Virus record (IMG/VR): IMGVR_UViG_3300033141_001695
Span: 1 to 60,000 of that record
Length of the DNA stretch: 60,000 bases
Reading direction: 5' to 3' (one strand)
Source: a virus
Lineage: Duplodnaviria; Caudoviricetes
Part shown: piece by piece, positions 25,920 through 34,669 of the stretch
Position numbering within the stretch: position 1 is the stretch's first letter
How the letters are laid out: each line of letters opens with the position of its first letter
Translations under genes and position numbers: made by a program
Notes under the pieces: model-generated
Databases searched by the model: none
Seen by the model: the letters and a program-made list of their open reading frames with translations, nothing else
Told to the model about the DNA's origin: nothing

Positions 25920-26105
25920 TCATTCTCCTACATCTTGATCTTTTAGTTCTGTGTCAGTTCCTAAATACAAATGATATTCAATCTTCTTCAATTCGGTTAA
26001 TATCGAAATTAAAAGCTGTTTGACATCAAGGTCTTCAACATTAATGCCGTCATCGATAATTGTATCAATACCGTGGACCTCTAACGGCCATTGTTCTCGT
26101 GGCAT
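25920..26105 (-). CDS. Small helical protein
   Basis: LLISILTELKKIEYHL; SD GGGG. Confidence 0.5.
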   Translation of the reverse strand: MPREQWPLEVHGIDTIIDDGINVEDLDVKQLLISILTELKKIEYHLYLGTDTELKDQDVGE

Positions 26106-26114
26106 ATTTTCCCC

Positions 26115-26426
26115 TTAAGCCCAAACAGTGAAATTTACATTACTTGTGTCTGAATATCCGACAATAGATTGACCTGGTGTCAACTCAAGACCTAATCTCT
26201 CTACCACTCCACCGGCCCTGATTGTGACACCGTATTCAATCCAATCTGCATTGGTCATATCAGAAACGCCACCATCGACAATAGCCCACCGGATATCCGC
26301 ATCCGAATTATTCCGGTTACAGATATTGAGGGTTGCCTTGAAAATACCACTTCTTTCCGGTACGGTATAAATTAAAGTGTTTGTTCCTGCGCCTATATCA
26401 ATTGCACTTAAACGTCCAAGTGTCAT
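26115..26426 (-). CDS. Conserved small virion protein
   Basis: T.IYTVP...LNICNR...IEY...GGVVERLGLEL. Confidence 0.6.
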   Translation of the reverse strand: MTLGRLSAIDIGAGTNTLIYTVPERSGIFKATLNICNRNNSDADIRWAIVDGGVSDMTNADWIEYGVTIRAGGVVERLGLELTPGQSIVGYSDTSNVNFTVWA

Positions 26427-26435
26427 GTCAACCCC

Positions 26436-26647
26436 CTAAGTTATGTTCAAAAGGTCTTCTATGCTAAACGTCGCCTCTTGATTTAAAGGCAGATCGTTTC
26501 CGTAGGTAGATATGCGATCCGCTCCGCATGTCCGGGAGTAGTGCCAACCTCGCCAATAATGGCAGTTGCGGCCTTCTGCATAAAATATTTGATTCGCTGT
26601 TGGTTGTGTGGGTTATTTGCCCATACCATACATTCATGTGGTGCCAT
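26436..26647 (-). pseudogene. Probable gene remnant(s)
   Basis: A 54-aa ORF 26483..26647 (MAPHECMVWANNPHNQQRIKYFMQKAATAIIGE..., SD GGAGAG) ends abruptly; a different frame continues ...GNDLPLNQEATFSIEDLLNIT* to 26436. Confidence 0.4.
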
Positions 26648-26689
26648 TTTGCTCTCCATTAATAAATTGTTGTCGAAAAATATTCATTC

Positions 26690-28189
26690 TTAATCCATCG
26701 GCCACACTTGCGGTTCATTCGCAGTCGTTATTGCTCCAGAAGGCAATTTAGTCTCGGCACCGACTGAGGTATTTTGCACTTCCGTCTCAAGCACGCTCCA
26801 GGTTGCTCCATTATCATACGAGATTATCATGTTATTGGTATCGTTCCTACTTGCCGCAGGATAAAAGGATTCTCCACATTCTATGTATAATATCGTATCC
26901 CCTTCCTGCTGCTGATCTAAATAAGTACCCGTAAGCGGAATAGGATCAGGGTCAACCTCACTGAAATTAACACCATAATCAATACTTCTTAAGAACACTT
27001 CCTTACCATCTGATCTTCGTGATGCCAAAACAGTCATATACTGTTTATTGGTCGTTAGCTGATCCCAAAGTACATAGTCATACAACCATTGTTGATGGGT
27101 ATTGAAGGTAACTCCACAATCTCTTGATTCATAGATTACATGATGAAAGTCAGGGGTTTTGTAACCACCGTTTAAGAAAATGGCTATATACTTCCCATCC
27201 TCATAATCAACATTAAAATTCCATCCTGTAGCCCTAAGATCGTTCAAGTCAGAATAATAATCCTTTTCCCATATCTTATTCCAGCTTGTAGCTCCTGCAT
27301 TAGATTTCCAAAGTTCTACTTTCGTTGCAGTAATAAGAGAACTTCTCAAATAACCAACCCATACAATACCATCCTTGCTTATCTTAACTTTAATATCATC
27401 TGGCTCATCCTCTGCGCCTATTGAAGATACTGCATCAGGAAAAGTCCAAGTAACGGGAAAACTTACCCCGGCATCATTGGAAATCTTTATCTGGCACTTA
27501 TTAAGAACGCCACCACCTTCCTTATAAAGATATGCCACGCAAGCAATTCTGTTGCCATAGCAATCCATCACCCCGTAATAGACATTACTCTTTGCGTAAT
27601 AAGGATCTCCGTCACTTGCATCGGATTCCCATACAATAGTTTTGATAGGGTCTTCTCCAAGTCGGAAGATGAAAATATCAAAATATATCTTACTAAGTCC
27701 AGGATCAATATTCGTGTCATAACAGCTACAAAAGTATGCAGTGTAATCATCGGTAGTTCTGGCGGTATTAGGCACGGCATAGGCTATACTAATGCCCCTA
27801 ACGAGTCCCAAAGCAATCCACTCTCCATTTATATAGGCCATTCCCACAATGCCATCACGTATGTCAAAATTTTCAACATACATAAAGACGATGGCATACT
27901 CAATTCCATCGCTTCCATCATCACTTTGATCGCCTACTGATAAATCTATAGAACCCTGATTCCAGAAATGTGAACCTATATTTACCGTAATAGGAACTGA
28001 AACTGAACCTTTATGCCAATGACCACATGGCCTATGGGTATGAGTCGGGTCGAGTGATATACCCATATCCTCGCAAAATTCCTGAGCGTCCTGTTGTGAG
28101 GACCACCTTTTATTATTGAGGTAGCCAAACTTGTTCCCCTGTTCGGTAAAGTTCCAAGAACCTAAATCTTTATCATCCTTCCATGACAT
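26690..28189 (-). CDS. Asp-box (BNR) beta-propeller, sialidase-like tail-associated protein
   Basis: Repeats SNDAGVSF, SNAGATSW, SRDCGVTF, SIDYGVNF, SYDNGATW. Confidence 0.75.
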   Translation of the reverse strand: MSWKDDKDLGSWNFTEQGNKFGYLNNKRWSSQQDAQEFCEDMGISLDPTHTHRPCGHWHKGSVSVPITVNIGSHFWNQGSIDLSVGDQSDDGSDGIEYAIVFMYVENFDIRDGIVGMAYINGEWIALGLVRGISIAYAVPNTARTTDDYTAYFCSCYDTNIDPGLSKIYFDIFIFRLGEDPIKTIVWESDASDGDPYYAKSNVYYGVMDCYGNRIACVAYLYKEGGGVLNKCQIKISNDAGVSFPVTWTFPDAVSSIGAEDEPDDIKVKISKDGIVWVGYLRSSLITATKVELWKSNAGATSWNKIWEKDYYSDLNDLRATGWNFNVDYEDGKYIAIFLNGGYKTPDFHHVIYESRDCGVTFNTHQQWLYDYVLWDQLTTNKQYMTVLASRRSDGKEVFLRSIDYGVNFSEVDPDPIPLTGTYLDQQQEGDTILYIECGESFYPAASRNDTNNMIISYDNGATWSVLETEVQNTSVGAETKLPSGAITTANEPQVWPMD

Positions 28190-28665
28190 TATTCATACCC
28201 CGAATCCGGTGATCCGATGATAACTTGTCCCTGAAAATCGCAAGCCGCCATAGCCGTTGGCAAATCCGTAGTTGTCGAATACGTCTTGTCCAAAGCATTC
28301 CTTTCAACCGCCATTGTCCCATTGCTCAAATAAATATAGTCTGCAAACGCAACTGCCGACCAGGTTGAGCCGGCAGATACCGTCAGCTTTTCCACAAGAG
28401 CATCGGAAATCCATTCATAAATCTTCGTTTCCCCGCAAACGATAATGACATTAGTAAATACAAAAATTTGAGGATACGGAAAGCCATCTGTTATAGCCGT
28501 TGTTGCTATTCGGGTGATTTCGTCCAATGAGCATAAAACCCCGTCAATGCCCACAGCGCCATTGCACTCCACGAGGAATTTACTATTCCGCGGCATCCGC
28601 TTGGAGGGGCGCAAGCCCCTGGAAAGTTCTGCGGGGCCGATGTTGAATAAAGGGCGGCTTGACAT
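28189..28665 (-). CDS. Tail nozzle (P22 gp10-like), N-terminal portion
   Basis: GLRP...FLVECNG then propeller-like blades ending DFQGQVIIG; near the adaptor gene. Confidence 0.5.
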   Translation of the reverse strand: MSSRPLFNIGPAELSRGLRPSKRMPRNSKFLVECNGAVGIDGVLCSLDEITRIATTAITDGFPYPQIFVFTNVIIVCGETKIYEWISDALVEKLTVSAGSTWSAVAFADYIYLSNGTMAVERNALDKTYSTTTDLPTAMAACDFQGQVIIGSPDSGYE

Positions 28666-29051
28666 TAAATGACTCCGTTGGGATTGATTTTGGGTGATTC
28701 AAGCGGCTCAAACTGCCGGTTCGGATTGGTGGTTACGGTATCTGTATCTACTGATCCCAAGGTATTAATGCGTTTACGGATTTCGGGAACTGCTTTTTCT
28801 AAAATTTTGTCGTACTTGGCCAAAGGAGAAGATCCCTCAACTTTTTCAACTACGGAAGCCACTAACTTTTTGTGATCCTTGAACTCAGGGTACTTGGCAT
28901 AGAATTCACGAGTGAGTTTGTGAAAACTTGCTTGGTTGGCCATGAGTGCGCCAACAGTTTCCGGCAAAAGCAAAAGTGCCTTTTCAACGGCTGCGTCAAT
29001 TATCTCTTGTTTTTCTTCTTCGCTTATTGGCATTTTGCGACTCCTTGCCAC
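28665..29051 (-). CDS. Hypothetical helical protein
   Basis: ORF coupled to the downstream gene. Confidence 0.55.
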   Translation of the reverse strand: MARSRKMPISEEEKQEIIDAAVEKALLLLPETVGALMANQASFHKLTREFYAKYPEFKDHKKLVASVVEKVEGSSPLAKYDKILEKAVPEIRKRINTLGSVDTDTVTTNPNRQFEPLESPKINPNGVI

Positions 29052-29883
29052 GATTCATTCTTATTGTTTTTAATATGGGTGCTATTAACATAAACTCTTC
29101 GTATGTAAATCTATCGCCACGAGTTTTGTTGCAACTTCCACAACAAGGTATAATGTTATTTACTTCATATCCTTTAGAATTATCTTTTCTGTCAAAGTTG
29201 TGGCCGCTACGGCGTTTAGGTGAGTTTTTGGGTTCTTCATGTTTATCCCAAAAAATAGGTTCACCACAATAATGACAAAAGCCAGAACCATCTTTAGGGA
29301 TAAGGCTGATAAGGTCAGTGTAATTAATATCCACTTTAATCAAATTATTTTTTCTTTTTTTATTTCTGTTATTAACTGAATTCCTTATACGATTAAGATA
29401 AAAGCTGTATGGTTTAGTATGTTTTAATCTTTTTTGACGATTGCGCTCTTTACTCCAACAGCCACAAGAACCAAAACCAGTTTCCTTTTGTTTCCTTAAT
29501 GTTTGTGTCTGTAATGTTTTTTCAACTCCACAATCACATTTAACATGCCATCTTCTATGTTTTTTGTTACCATTTGTGGATATCGGCTCTGTTTGTTTTA
29601 AGACTTTTAATCTACCAATGCGCTCTCCCGTATAATCATGTAGCATTTTATTTTTATCTGTATCTTTTTTTAAACACCCACAAGACCGAGAAATCCCTTG
29701 TCGCAAAGATGCTCCATTAATTACCTTCTCGTTGCCACAATCACACACGCATTTCCATAAAACAAATCCCCCATTGCTACGACCTGCTTCTTCAACAACA
29801 GTTAGACGCCCAAACTTTAGCCCGGTCATAGGGATTTTTCTATTGTTTTTTATTTTTTGTTTTGTTACAAACATATCGGTCAT
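28996..29883 (-). CDS. HNH homing endonuclease with two N-terminal G..FGRL.V...W.C.CDCG...SCGC modules
   Basis: CHYCG...DRKDNSKGY...NIIPCCGSCN; likely start MTDMF at 29883 after AAAGGAG. Confidence 0.88.
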   Translation of the reverse strand: MTDMFVTKQKIKNNRKIPMTGLKFGRLTVVEEAGRSNGGFVLWKCVCDCGNEKVINGASLRQGISRSCGCLKKDTDKNKMLHDYTGERIGRLKVLKQTEPISTNGNKKHRRWHVKCDCGVEKTLQTQTLRKQKETGFGSCGCWSKERNRQKRLKHTKPYSFYLNRIRNSVNNRNKKRKNNLIKVDINYTDLISLIPKDGSGFCHYCGEPIFWDKHEEPKNSPKRRSGHNFDRKDNSKGYEVNNIIPCCGSCNKTRGDRFTYEEFMLIAPILKTIRMNRGKESQNANKRRRKTRDN

Positions 29884-29989
29884 TGATACTATCTCCTTTC
29901 CAGATAGTGTTGTTGGCAAGAAACAGGTAGAGAACCACTCTCTATCTGTTTCACTATTTATGGCATTATTTCTTAGCAATGTCAATATC

Positions 29990-30928
29990 TTATCCGCTTA
30001 GCCCAAGCGGAGTTCTCTCCCTGTCAAACAATGCAACATTCCTCTTAAAAACCAACGCTTTGGCCTCAAAATCCGGTGTTACTGTTTTGCCAAATTTTGG
30101 ACTAATCAAAATAGCCAAATTCCAGGCCAGCGCAAGCAACCACTCCTGTGGCAGATCAGGCGAATTAAGCACATCATCGAAGTCCTGAATCGGGATTTTG
30201 GCCGTGAATTTCAAGAAGTTTTGCACATCATCGCAAGCCGGATAGATATACAGTTTACCACTGGTCAATCTCGGATCGTAATAACTCAAATCCGCAGTCC
30301 CGGTAGCCTCCTTGTCCGCAATCGCTAAGTACTGATTTCGGTGCCGGATATTTAAAACCGTTTCTGTGCAATTGTCATTATCGTCCTCACTCTCAATCCT
30401 GATCCGTGCCTCTGTGATCCGTAAAGGCTTTTGCAGCTTTGTGGTGTATGTATAAACGTGATTATCAACCGCAACGTCATCGGTAAGCGCATCCGTGAGA
30501 GTAATCACATCAGCCGCCGGAGTCCCGTTCACCGTAGTCCATTGCAAGGTTTCATCGTCAAGTTCGATTCCGATATAATCACCGTCTGAAACACCAGTAT
30601 CAGAATCAACTGTAACAGTCGAAGCACCGGAAGAAGCTGCGGTCGCAACCTCGGTTTTTACCCATGAGTCAGTGCAGTGATCCCCGGACGGGCCTATCTC
30701 GTACTCATGCTCCCCATACTCCAAAAATAAAGCGGCTTCTTTAAGCGTCCAAAGACCAACGCCCTCCGCGCTCCATGCTTTTACGAGCATTTCCAAGGTT
30801 CTCAAGCACGAGGCTTTATGCTCGTCAATCACAGTTCCGCCAGTGACATAGATCCCGAGCAGTTCAAGAGCCTCGGTGATTATATTCTCGGCGGTTAAGC
30901 CGAAATCATAACTTCCGGATAATGCCAC
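29990..30928 (-). CDS. Head-tail adaptor / tail tubular protein A (P22 gp4/T7 gp11-like) with an inserted beta domain
   Basis: SGSYDF.LT..IITEAL...L..L...W, LYIYP, DLPQEW..AL..NLA..I.P.FG. Confidence 0.8.
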   Translation of the reverse strand: MALSGSYDFGLTAENIITEALELLGIYVTGGTVIDEHKASCLRTLEMLVKAWSAEGVGLWTLKEAALFLEYGEHEYEIGPSGDHCTDSWVKTEVATAASSGASTVTVDSDTGVSDGDYIGIELDDETLQWTTVNGTPAADVITLTDALTDDVAVDNHVYTYTTKLQKPLRITEARIRIESEDDNDNCTETVLNIRHRNQYLAIADKEATGTADLSYYDPRLTSGKLYIYPACDDVQNFLKFTAKIPIQDFDDVLNSPDLPQEWLLALAWNLAILISPKFGKTVTPDFEAKALVFKRNVALFDRERTPLGLSG

Positions 30929-30930
30929 GA

Positions 30931-31317
30931 TTAACTCCCTTCCGGTACGCCATCAAAACCAAACTTGGCAATGTGAGACTTGGTTTGTTTGTCCCCCGTC
31001 TGTTTCAAGTCAAAAAAGTCCTTCTTGCTGGCCTCGCCAATCAGTTGATAAGGATATCTCTTGATTGTTCCGCACAATTTTCTCGGCTTACCCGGCACTT
31101 GCGTAAACTGCTGATACGTGGCATTATCGGCACATATTTTAAACCGGCCTGGAATAACAACTTCAACGCCGCGCTGAATGACCAAGGTTTCACCATTCAC
31201 CGATAGTTCAACATCATCGGTATCGTTGGTTGATGTTTTTTCGCTGAACAGAACCTTGAAATATTTTTTACATTCCGGCTTTTCTGTTTCCTTAGCTTTC
31301 ACTTTTTGATTTTCCAT
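30931..31317 (-). CDS. Conserved head-associated protein
   Basis: V.LSVNGE...IQRGVEVVIP...NA motif common just downstream of capsid genes; likely start MENQK at 31317. Confidence 0.65.
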   Translation of the reverse strand: MENQKVKAKETEKPECKKYFKVLFSEKTSTNDTDDVELSVNGETLVIQRGVEVVIPGRFKICADNATYQQFTQVPGKPRKLCGTIKRYPYQLIGEASKKDFFDLKQTGDKQTKSHIAKFGFDGVPEGS

Positions 31318-31410
31318 CTTGAAGCTCTCCTTATCTTGACAACCTATGTTAAGCATAGACCGTTCTTCTTTATGATAGAACGACTCTCTTTTGAAGTTCT
31401 GTTGTTTCAG

Positions 31411-32112
31411 TTAATTGTCATACTTACCGGCTTCAAACGCACATGTCGCATCATCAACATTGACGGTAGTATTGCTAATAAGAAAACCCTCAGAGGTCAC
31501 TTCACCCTCAATCATGGGTTTCATTGAATACATACCGCCGATAAACTGAACGTCGCCAGACTTCACGCTGTGGCTCAGGGTGACTTCATTGGCCGCTTCG
31601 CCCTCGGTCGCGGTCAGATCAACAATGGTGTAAACCTTTCCGTCAATGATGATCTTTGAACCTTCACCGACATACGTTCCAGTCACATCCTCATTGAAAT
31701 GGCCAGTATTATTGGCAGCCGTATCCAGAGTCCACGAATCAATATCGACAGCCACGGCATCACCAAGGCCATGAGGGGAATTTCCACTGTAATGGCGATA
31801 ATCGACGTTATCCCACTTCAGGTAAACGCCCTCTCCATAGGTTACGACTCCGGCCTGAGTTGCAGTGAGCGTATCACCACCGAAGTAAGGCAGAAGTCCG
31901 GTGCCTTTTGTGAGGGCCGCAGCTGCAACATCAGCCCCGGTAAACTGAATACCCTCAACAATTTCGGCCGATCTCATCATGCCAAAATTCCAATCAAGTC
32001 TTATGATTTGAGTCCCTTCCAGATTCCAGATGGTCACCCAATCCGGCACAAATCCAATGCCAAAATAAAGGTCTGCGCCTGTTCCATTAAATACTCCACC
32101 TATACGCCTCAT
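31411..32112 (-). CDS. Capsid decoration/cement protein
   Basis: G.FNGTGA...GFVPDWV.IWN motif immediately after the MCP gene. Confidence 0.65.
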   Translation of the reverse strand: MRRIGGVFNGTGADLYFGIGFVPDWVTIWNLEGTQIIRLDWNFGMMRSAEIVEGIQFTGADVAAAALTKGTGLLPYFGGDTLTATQAGVVTYGEGVYLKWDNVDYRHYSGNSPHGLGDAVAVDIDSWTLDTAANNTGHFNEDVTGTYVGEGSKIIIDGKVYTIVDLTATEGEAANEVTLSHSVKSGDVQFIGGMYSMKPMIEGEVTSEGFLISNTTVNVDDATCAFEAGKYDN

Positions 32113-32155
32113 TTATTTTTCCTTTTTTTAAGAGGTTAATTATTTAGTAAAATCA

Positions 32156-33175
32156 TCAACTTGGTGAACTTGTCGCTGAAGTTTCAAGTCTGGCACACCA
32201 GTTGTTATTCAAAATCGCCGCAGTTTGATAGGTTTTCCACGCCACATAACCCAACTGAGCCAGCGGATCGCTCTTGGTCGGCTTATCAGGATTGATAACA
32301 TAGGGAATAACCGCCTCAAACCCCTGTAATGGAACAATCCCGTAAGCATCCCGAGCAACGAATATCAGAGGATATACGTCACACTGAGCCGCCACCGAAA
32401 CCTCAACGCCACCAGACAGGTAAGTGGTCCCGCTTGCGCCAGCAGTTTCCCAAGGCTCAAACATCGGAGTTAGAATGATTCTGAATTCTTCCAGACTTCC
32501 GACTTCACCGGGCAAGGCCTTCATTGATTCGGAATAATTGGCAACCGGGATAAAGCCGGAAATGTCCCGAAGGTCGGCTTTTAGATCGGTGTGTCCCATG
32601 CAGAAATATGCGGGTTCAACCGGTTCCGTAGATATCTTGTCGGATGCCCGGATAATCTGTGAAATCTCCCGCGCCTTGTTCTTTTTGAAGGAACGGTAAA
32701 TCTTCCTGAAGTCTCCACGGGTGGGCGGAGAATTAACGGAAGCCCTTGCCGTAACACCATTGGCGTAAAATACATTGGTTCCGGATTTGAGTACCGCAAT
32801 TCTTAATTCTTCAACGGTTTCTGCCGCCTGTTCCCCACAAAGATCCATTGATTCCTGAAAAATAGGATCTTCGTGAGTATCCGAGATAACATCTGTGATC
32901 TCAAGCAAATCTCCAAACTGCTCAAGAGTCGCATTGACATCCGTGTAAGTCAGACGTTTTCCCTTGGGAGTCACGCCCTCGGCCAACGGTGCGGATGCCC
33001 TTGCCAGTGAATTGTATCTTCTCCATTTAACGGTCTTTGTGCTGTTTTTGCGGAGCGGGTCTTTCTGACCGAAACGCTCTACAACCATCAAATGCTGACC
33101 CCTTTTCAGGAGTCGCTTCATCGCCTTGCCTGCGGTTCTTGGGGAGATATCCCCGTAACTTGTTCTGTCGCTCAT
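32156..33175 (-). CDS. Major capsid protein, N4-gp56 family
   Basis: YGDISPRTA...FGQ...KWRRY...LAEGVTP...QFGD...ITD...GEVGS...SDPLAQLGYVAWK. Confidence 0.92.
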   Translation of the reverse strand: MSDRTSYGDISPRTAGKAMKRLLKRGQHLMVVERFGQKDPLRKNSTKTVKWRRYNSLARASAPLAEGVTPKGKRLTYTDVNATLEQFGDLLEITDVISDTHEDPIFQESMDLCGEQAAETVEELRIAVLKSGTNVFYANGVTARASVNSPPTRGDFRKIYRSFKKNKAREISQIIRASDKISTEPVEPAYFCMGHTDLKADLRDISGFIPVANYSESMKALPGEVGSLEEFRIILTPMFEPWETAGASGTTYLSGGVEVSVAAQCDVYPLIFVARDAYGIVPLQGFEAVIPYVINPDKPTKSDPLAQLGYVAWKTYQTAAILNNNWCARLETSATSSPS

Positions 33176-33244
33176 AGTCCTGAATCCTCTCTATTAAATA
33201 ATTAGAGTCTCGGAGGACTTCAGAATGAGTATTTTGTTTTTTGT

Positions 33245-33445
33245 TCATGGTAATTTTGTAATTCGGCTCAACTGTTTGCACCTGGGACACATATGCTCTA
33301 TGGCACCACCGGGACCAAGATTACCAACACAAAGTTTTCGATTGCAGACTTCACCCTGCCTACGACCATGGGTTATGATGTTTGTGCAACGAATTTCCTT
33401 AGACCTGTTAATCGGTATTACAAACTCGCCAATTGCTTCAGTCAT
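33245..33445 (-). CDS. Mu Com-like zinc-ribbon regulator (66 aa)
   Basis: EIRC...CNRKL...IEHMCPRCK; start MTEAIG overlaps the scaffold stop (C-terminal part of ORF 33245..33679). Confidence 0.75.
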   Translation of the reverse strand: MTEAIGEFVIPINRSKEIRCTNIITHGRRQGEVCNRKLCVGNLGPGGAIEHMCPRCKQLSRITKLP

Positions 33446-34361
33446 CTTCATTGAAGGCAGCCCTCGCATCGTCCATGTTAACTTCATCGGTAACTCTGAC
33501 ATTGGCCTTGCTACGCATCGTACCCCTGTGGAGATCGTCACTCTTTTTCTTCTGCGCCGTGGCCTTTTCGCTGGCATCATTAACCTTAGCTTTTTCTTGA
33601 CTCTTTTTGTAATAGTCCAGAACCATAATGCCATCTTCGGGTGCCTCCATGTTCTTAGCAATCCGCTGTATGGGGGCATCTTGTTTGTCGAGCCAGTCTA
33701 AAAACTCCTTACTCTGATTGACTGCTTTAGCATCTGAATGTTTGTCGGTAATGGTACCCCAAAAATCATTATCAGATTGTTTGGCCGCCACATGGTTGAC
33801 TATATTATTAAGATCATCAATCTTTTTCAGTGGTTCAAGATGTTTCTCAACAATCTTGTTGGCGATAGTGTTGCTGACTGCCATGATAACTGCATAATCT
33901 TCAGGGTAGTCCTTCTTATACTCTTTCAGATTAACGGTTAAATCACCAACCGTGATATCCTTATCCGGCAAATCTATTTCCTGCAAATCACCGAAAGAAT
34001 CCTTTGTCGTGGCCTCAGTTTTCTTTTCCGGTTCTGCCGGCAGTTGTTCTGGTTTGGGCTTTTCCGGTTCCGGCTCTTTGGGCTTGTCGCCAACATTCTT
34101 TATGCGTTGATCTATTTCATCTGAATAGACCGGATCATCTACATCTTTTTTCTTATCCGGTTCCGGCTCCGGTTCTGTTTTCTCCCCGTCCGGCTTTTCG
34201 GGTTTGGGGTCTTCCGCCTGTTTATCAGTCGCTTTCGAACCCTCTTCCCCTGCATCCTTCTCCGGCTCATCATCTTCCAGAAATGAATCCAGCGCCCCGT
34301 CAGAATCATCGGTAACTGTGACTTCTTGCTCTGCGATTTCTTCTTTAACATCGTCTGGCAT
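33438..34361 (-). CDS. Capsid scaffolding protein
   Basis: Acidic disordered N-half, helical C-half (H.DA..V..S.EF..WL), upstream of the MCP. Confidence 0.8.
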   Translation of the reverse strand: MPDDVKEEIAEQEVTVTDDSDGALDSFLEDDEPEKDAGEEGSKATDKQAEDPKPEKPDGEKTEPEPEPDKKKDVDDPVYSDEIDQRIKNVGDKPKEPEPEKPKPEQLPAEPEKKTEATTKDSFGDLQEIDLPDKDITVGDLTVNLKEYKKDYPEDYAVIMAVSNTIANKIVEKHLEPLKKIDDLNNIVNHVAAKQSDNDFWGTITDKHSDAKAVNQSKEFLDWLDKQDAPIQRIAKNMEAPEDGIMVLDYYKKSQEKAKVNDASEKATAQKKKSDDLHRGTMRSKANVRVTDEVNMDDARAAFNEDD

Positions 34362-34373
34362 TGTTTTATTCTC

Positions 34374-34613
34374 CTATTCCAAAAATGCTACCATTGCTTC
34401 TTCAAAATCGTTAATGCTTGTATCTTTTTGCATCATCTCTGTAACTTTTGCGATTTCATCAATCTGGATATCTGGCAAAGGCGTTTGCTTGTCATTCTTT
34501 TCAACTTCTTTAATTGTTCCTATCCTTCTAAGTGTTCGGAAAGAATATCCATCTTTGGATAGTTTTGCCATAATTAGAACCAGCCATTGCCGGACCATCA
34601 TCAGAATATTCAA
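34374..34613 (-). CDS. Hypothetical protein (start uncertain)
   Basis: The C-terminus INDFEEAMVAFLE looks genuine, but the SD-preceded ATG upstream (MPKYQVEIEY) is in another frame. Confidence 0.4.
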   Translation of the reverse strand: MNILMMVRQWLVLIMAKLSKDGYSFRTLRRIGTIKEVEKNDKQTPLPDIQIDEIAKVTEMMQKDTSINDFEEAMVAFLE

Positions 34614-34669
34614 TTTCTACTTGATATTTTGGCATTTGAACCTCAAAGGATTTCTTAATTAATCATCAA

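Noticed and set aside
33446-33679. N-terminal half of the 144-aa ORF 33245..33679 as an overprinted gene
   Set aside because: It is an alternative frame of the scaffold gene; only the Com-like part from 33445 has recognisable motifs.
34525-34637. Programmed frameshift joining MPKYQVEIEY... to ORF 34374..34613
   Set aside because: No clear slippery site; cannot be distinguished from a sequencing indel or two small genes.
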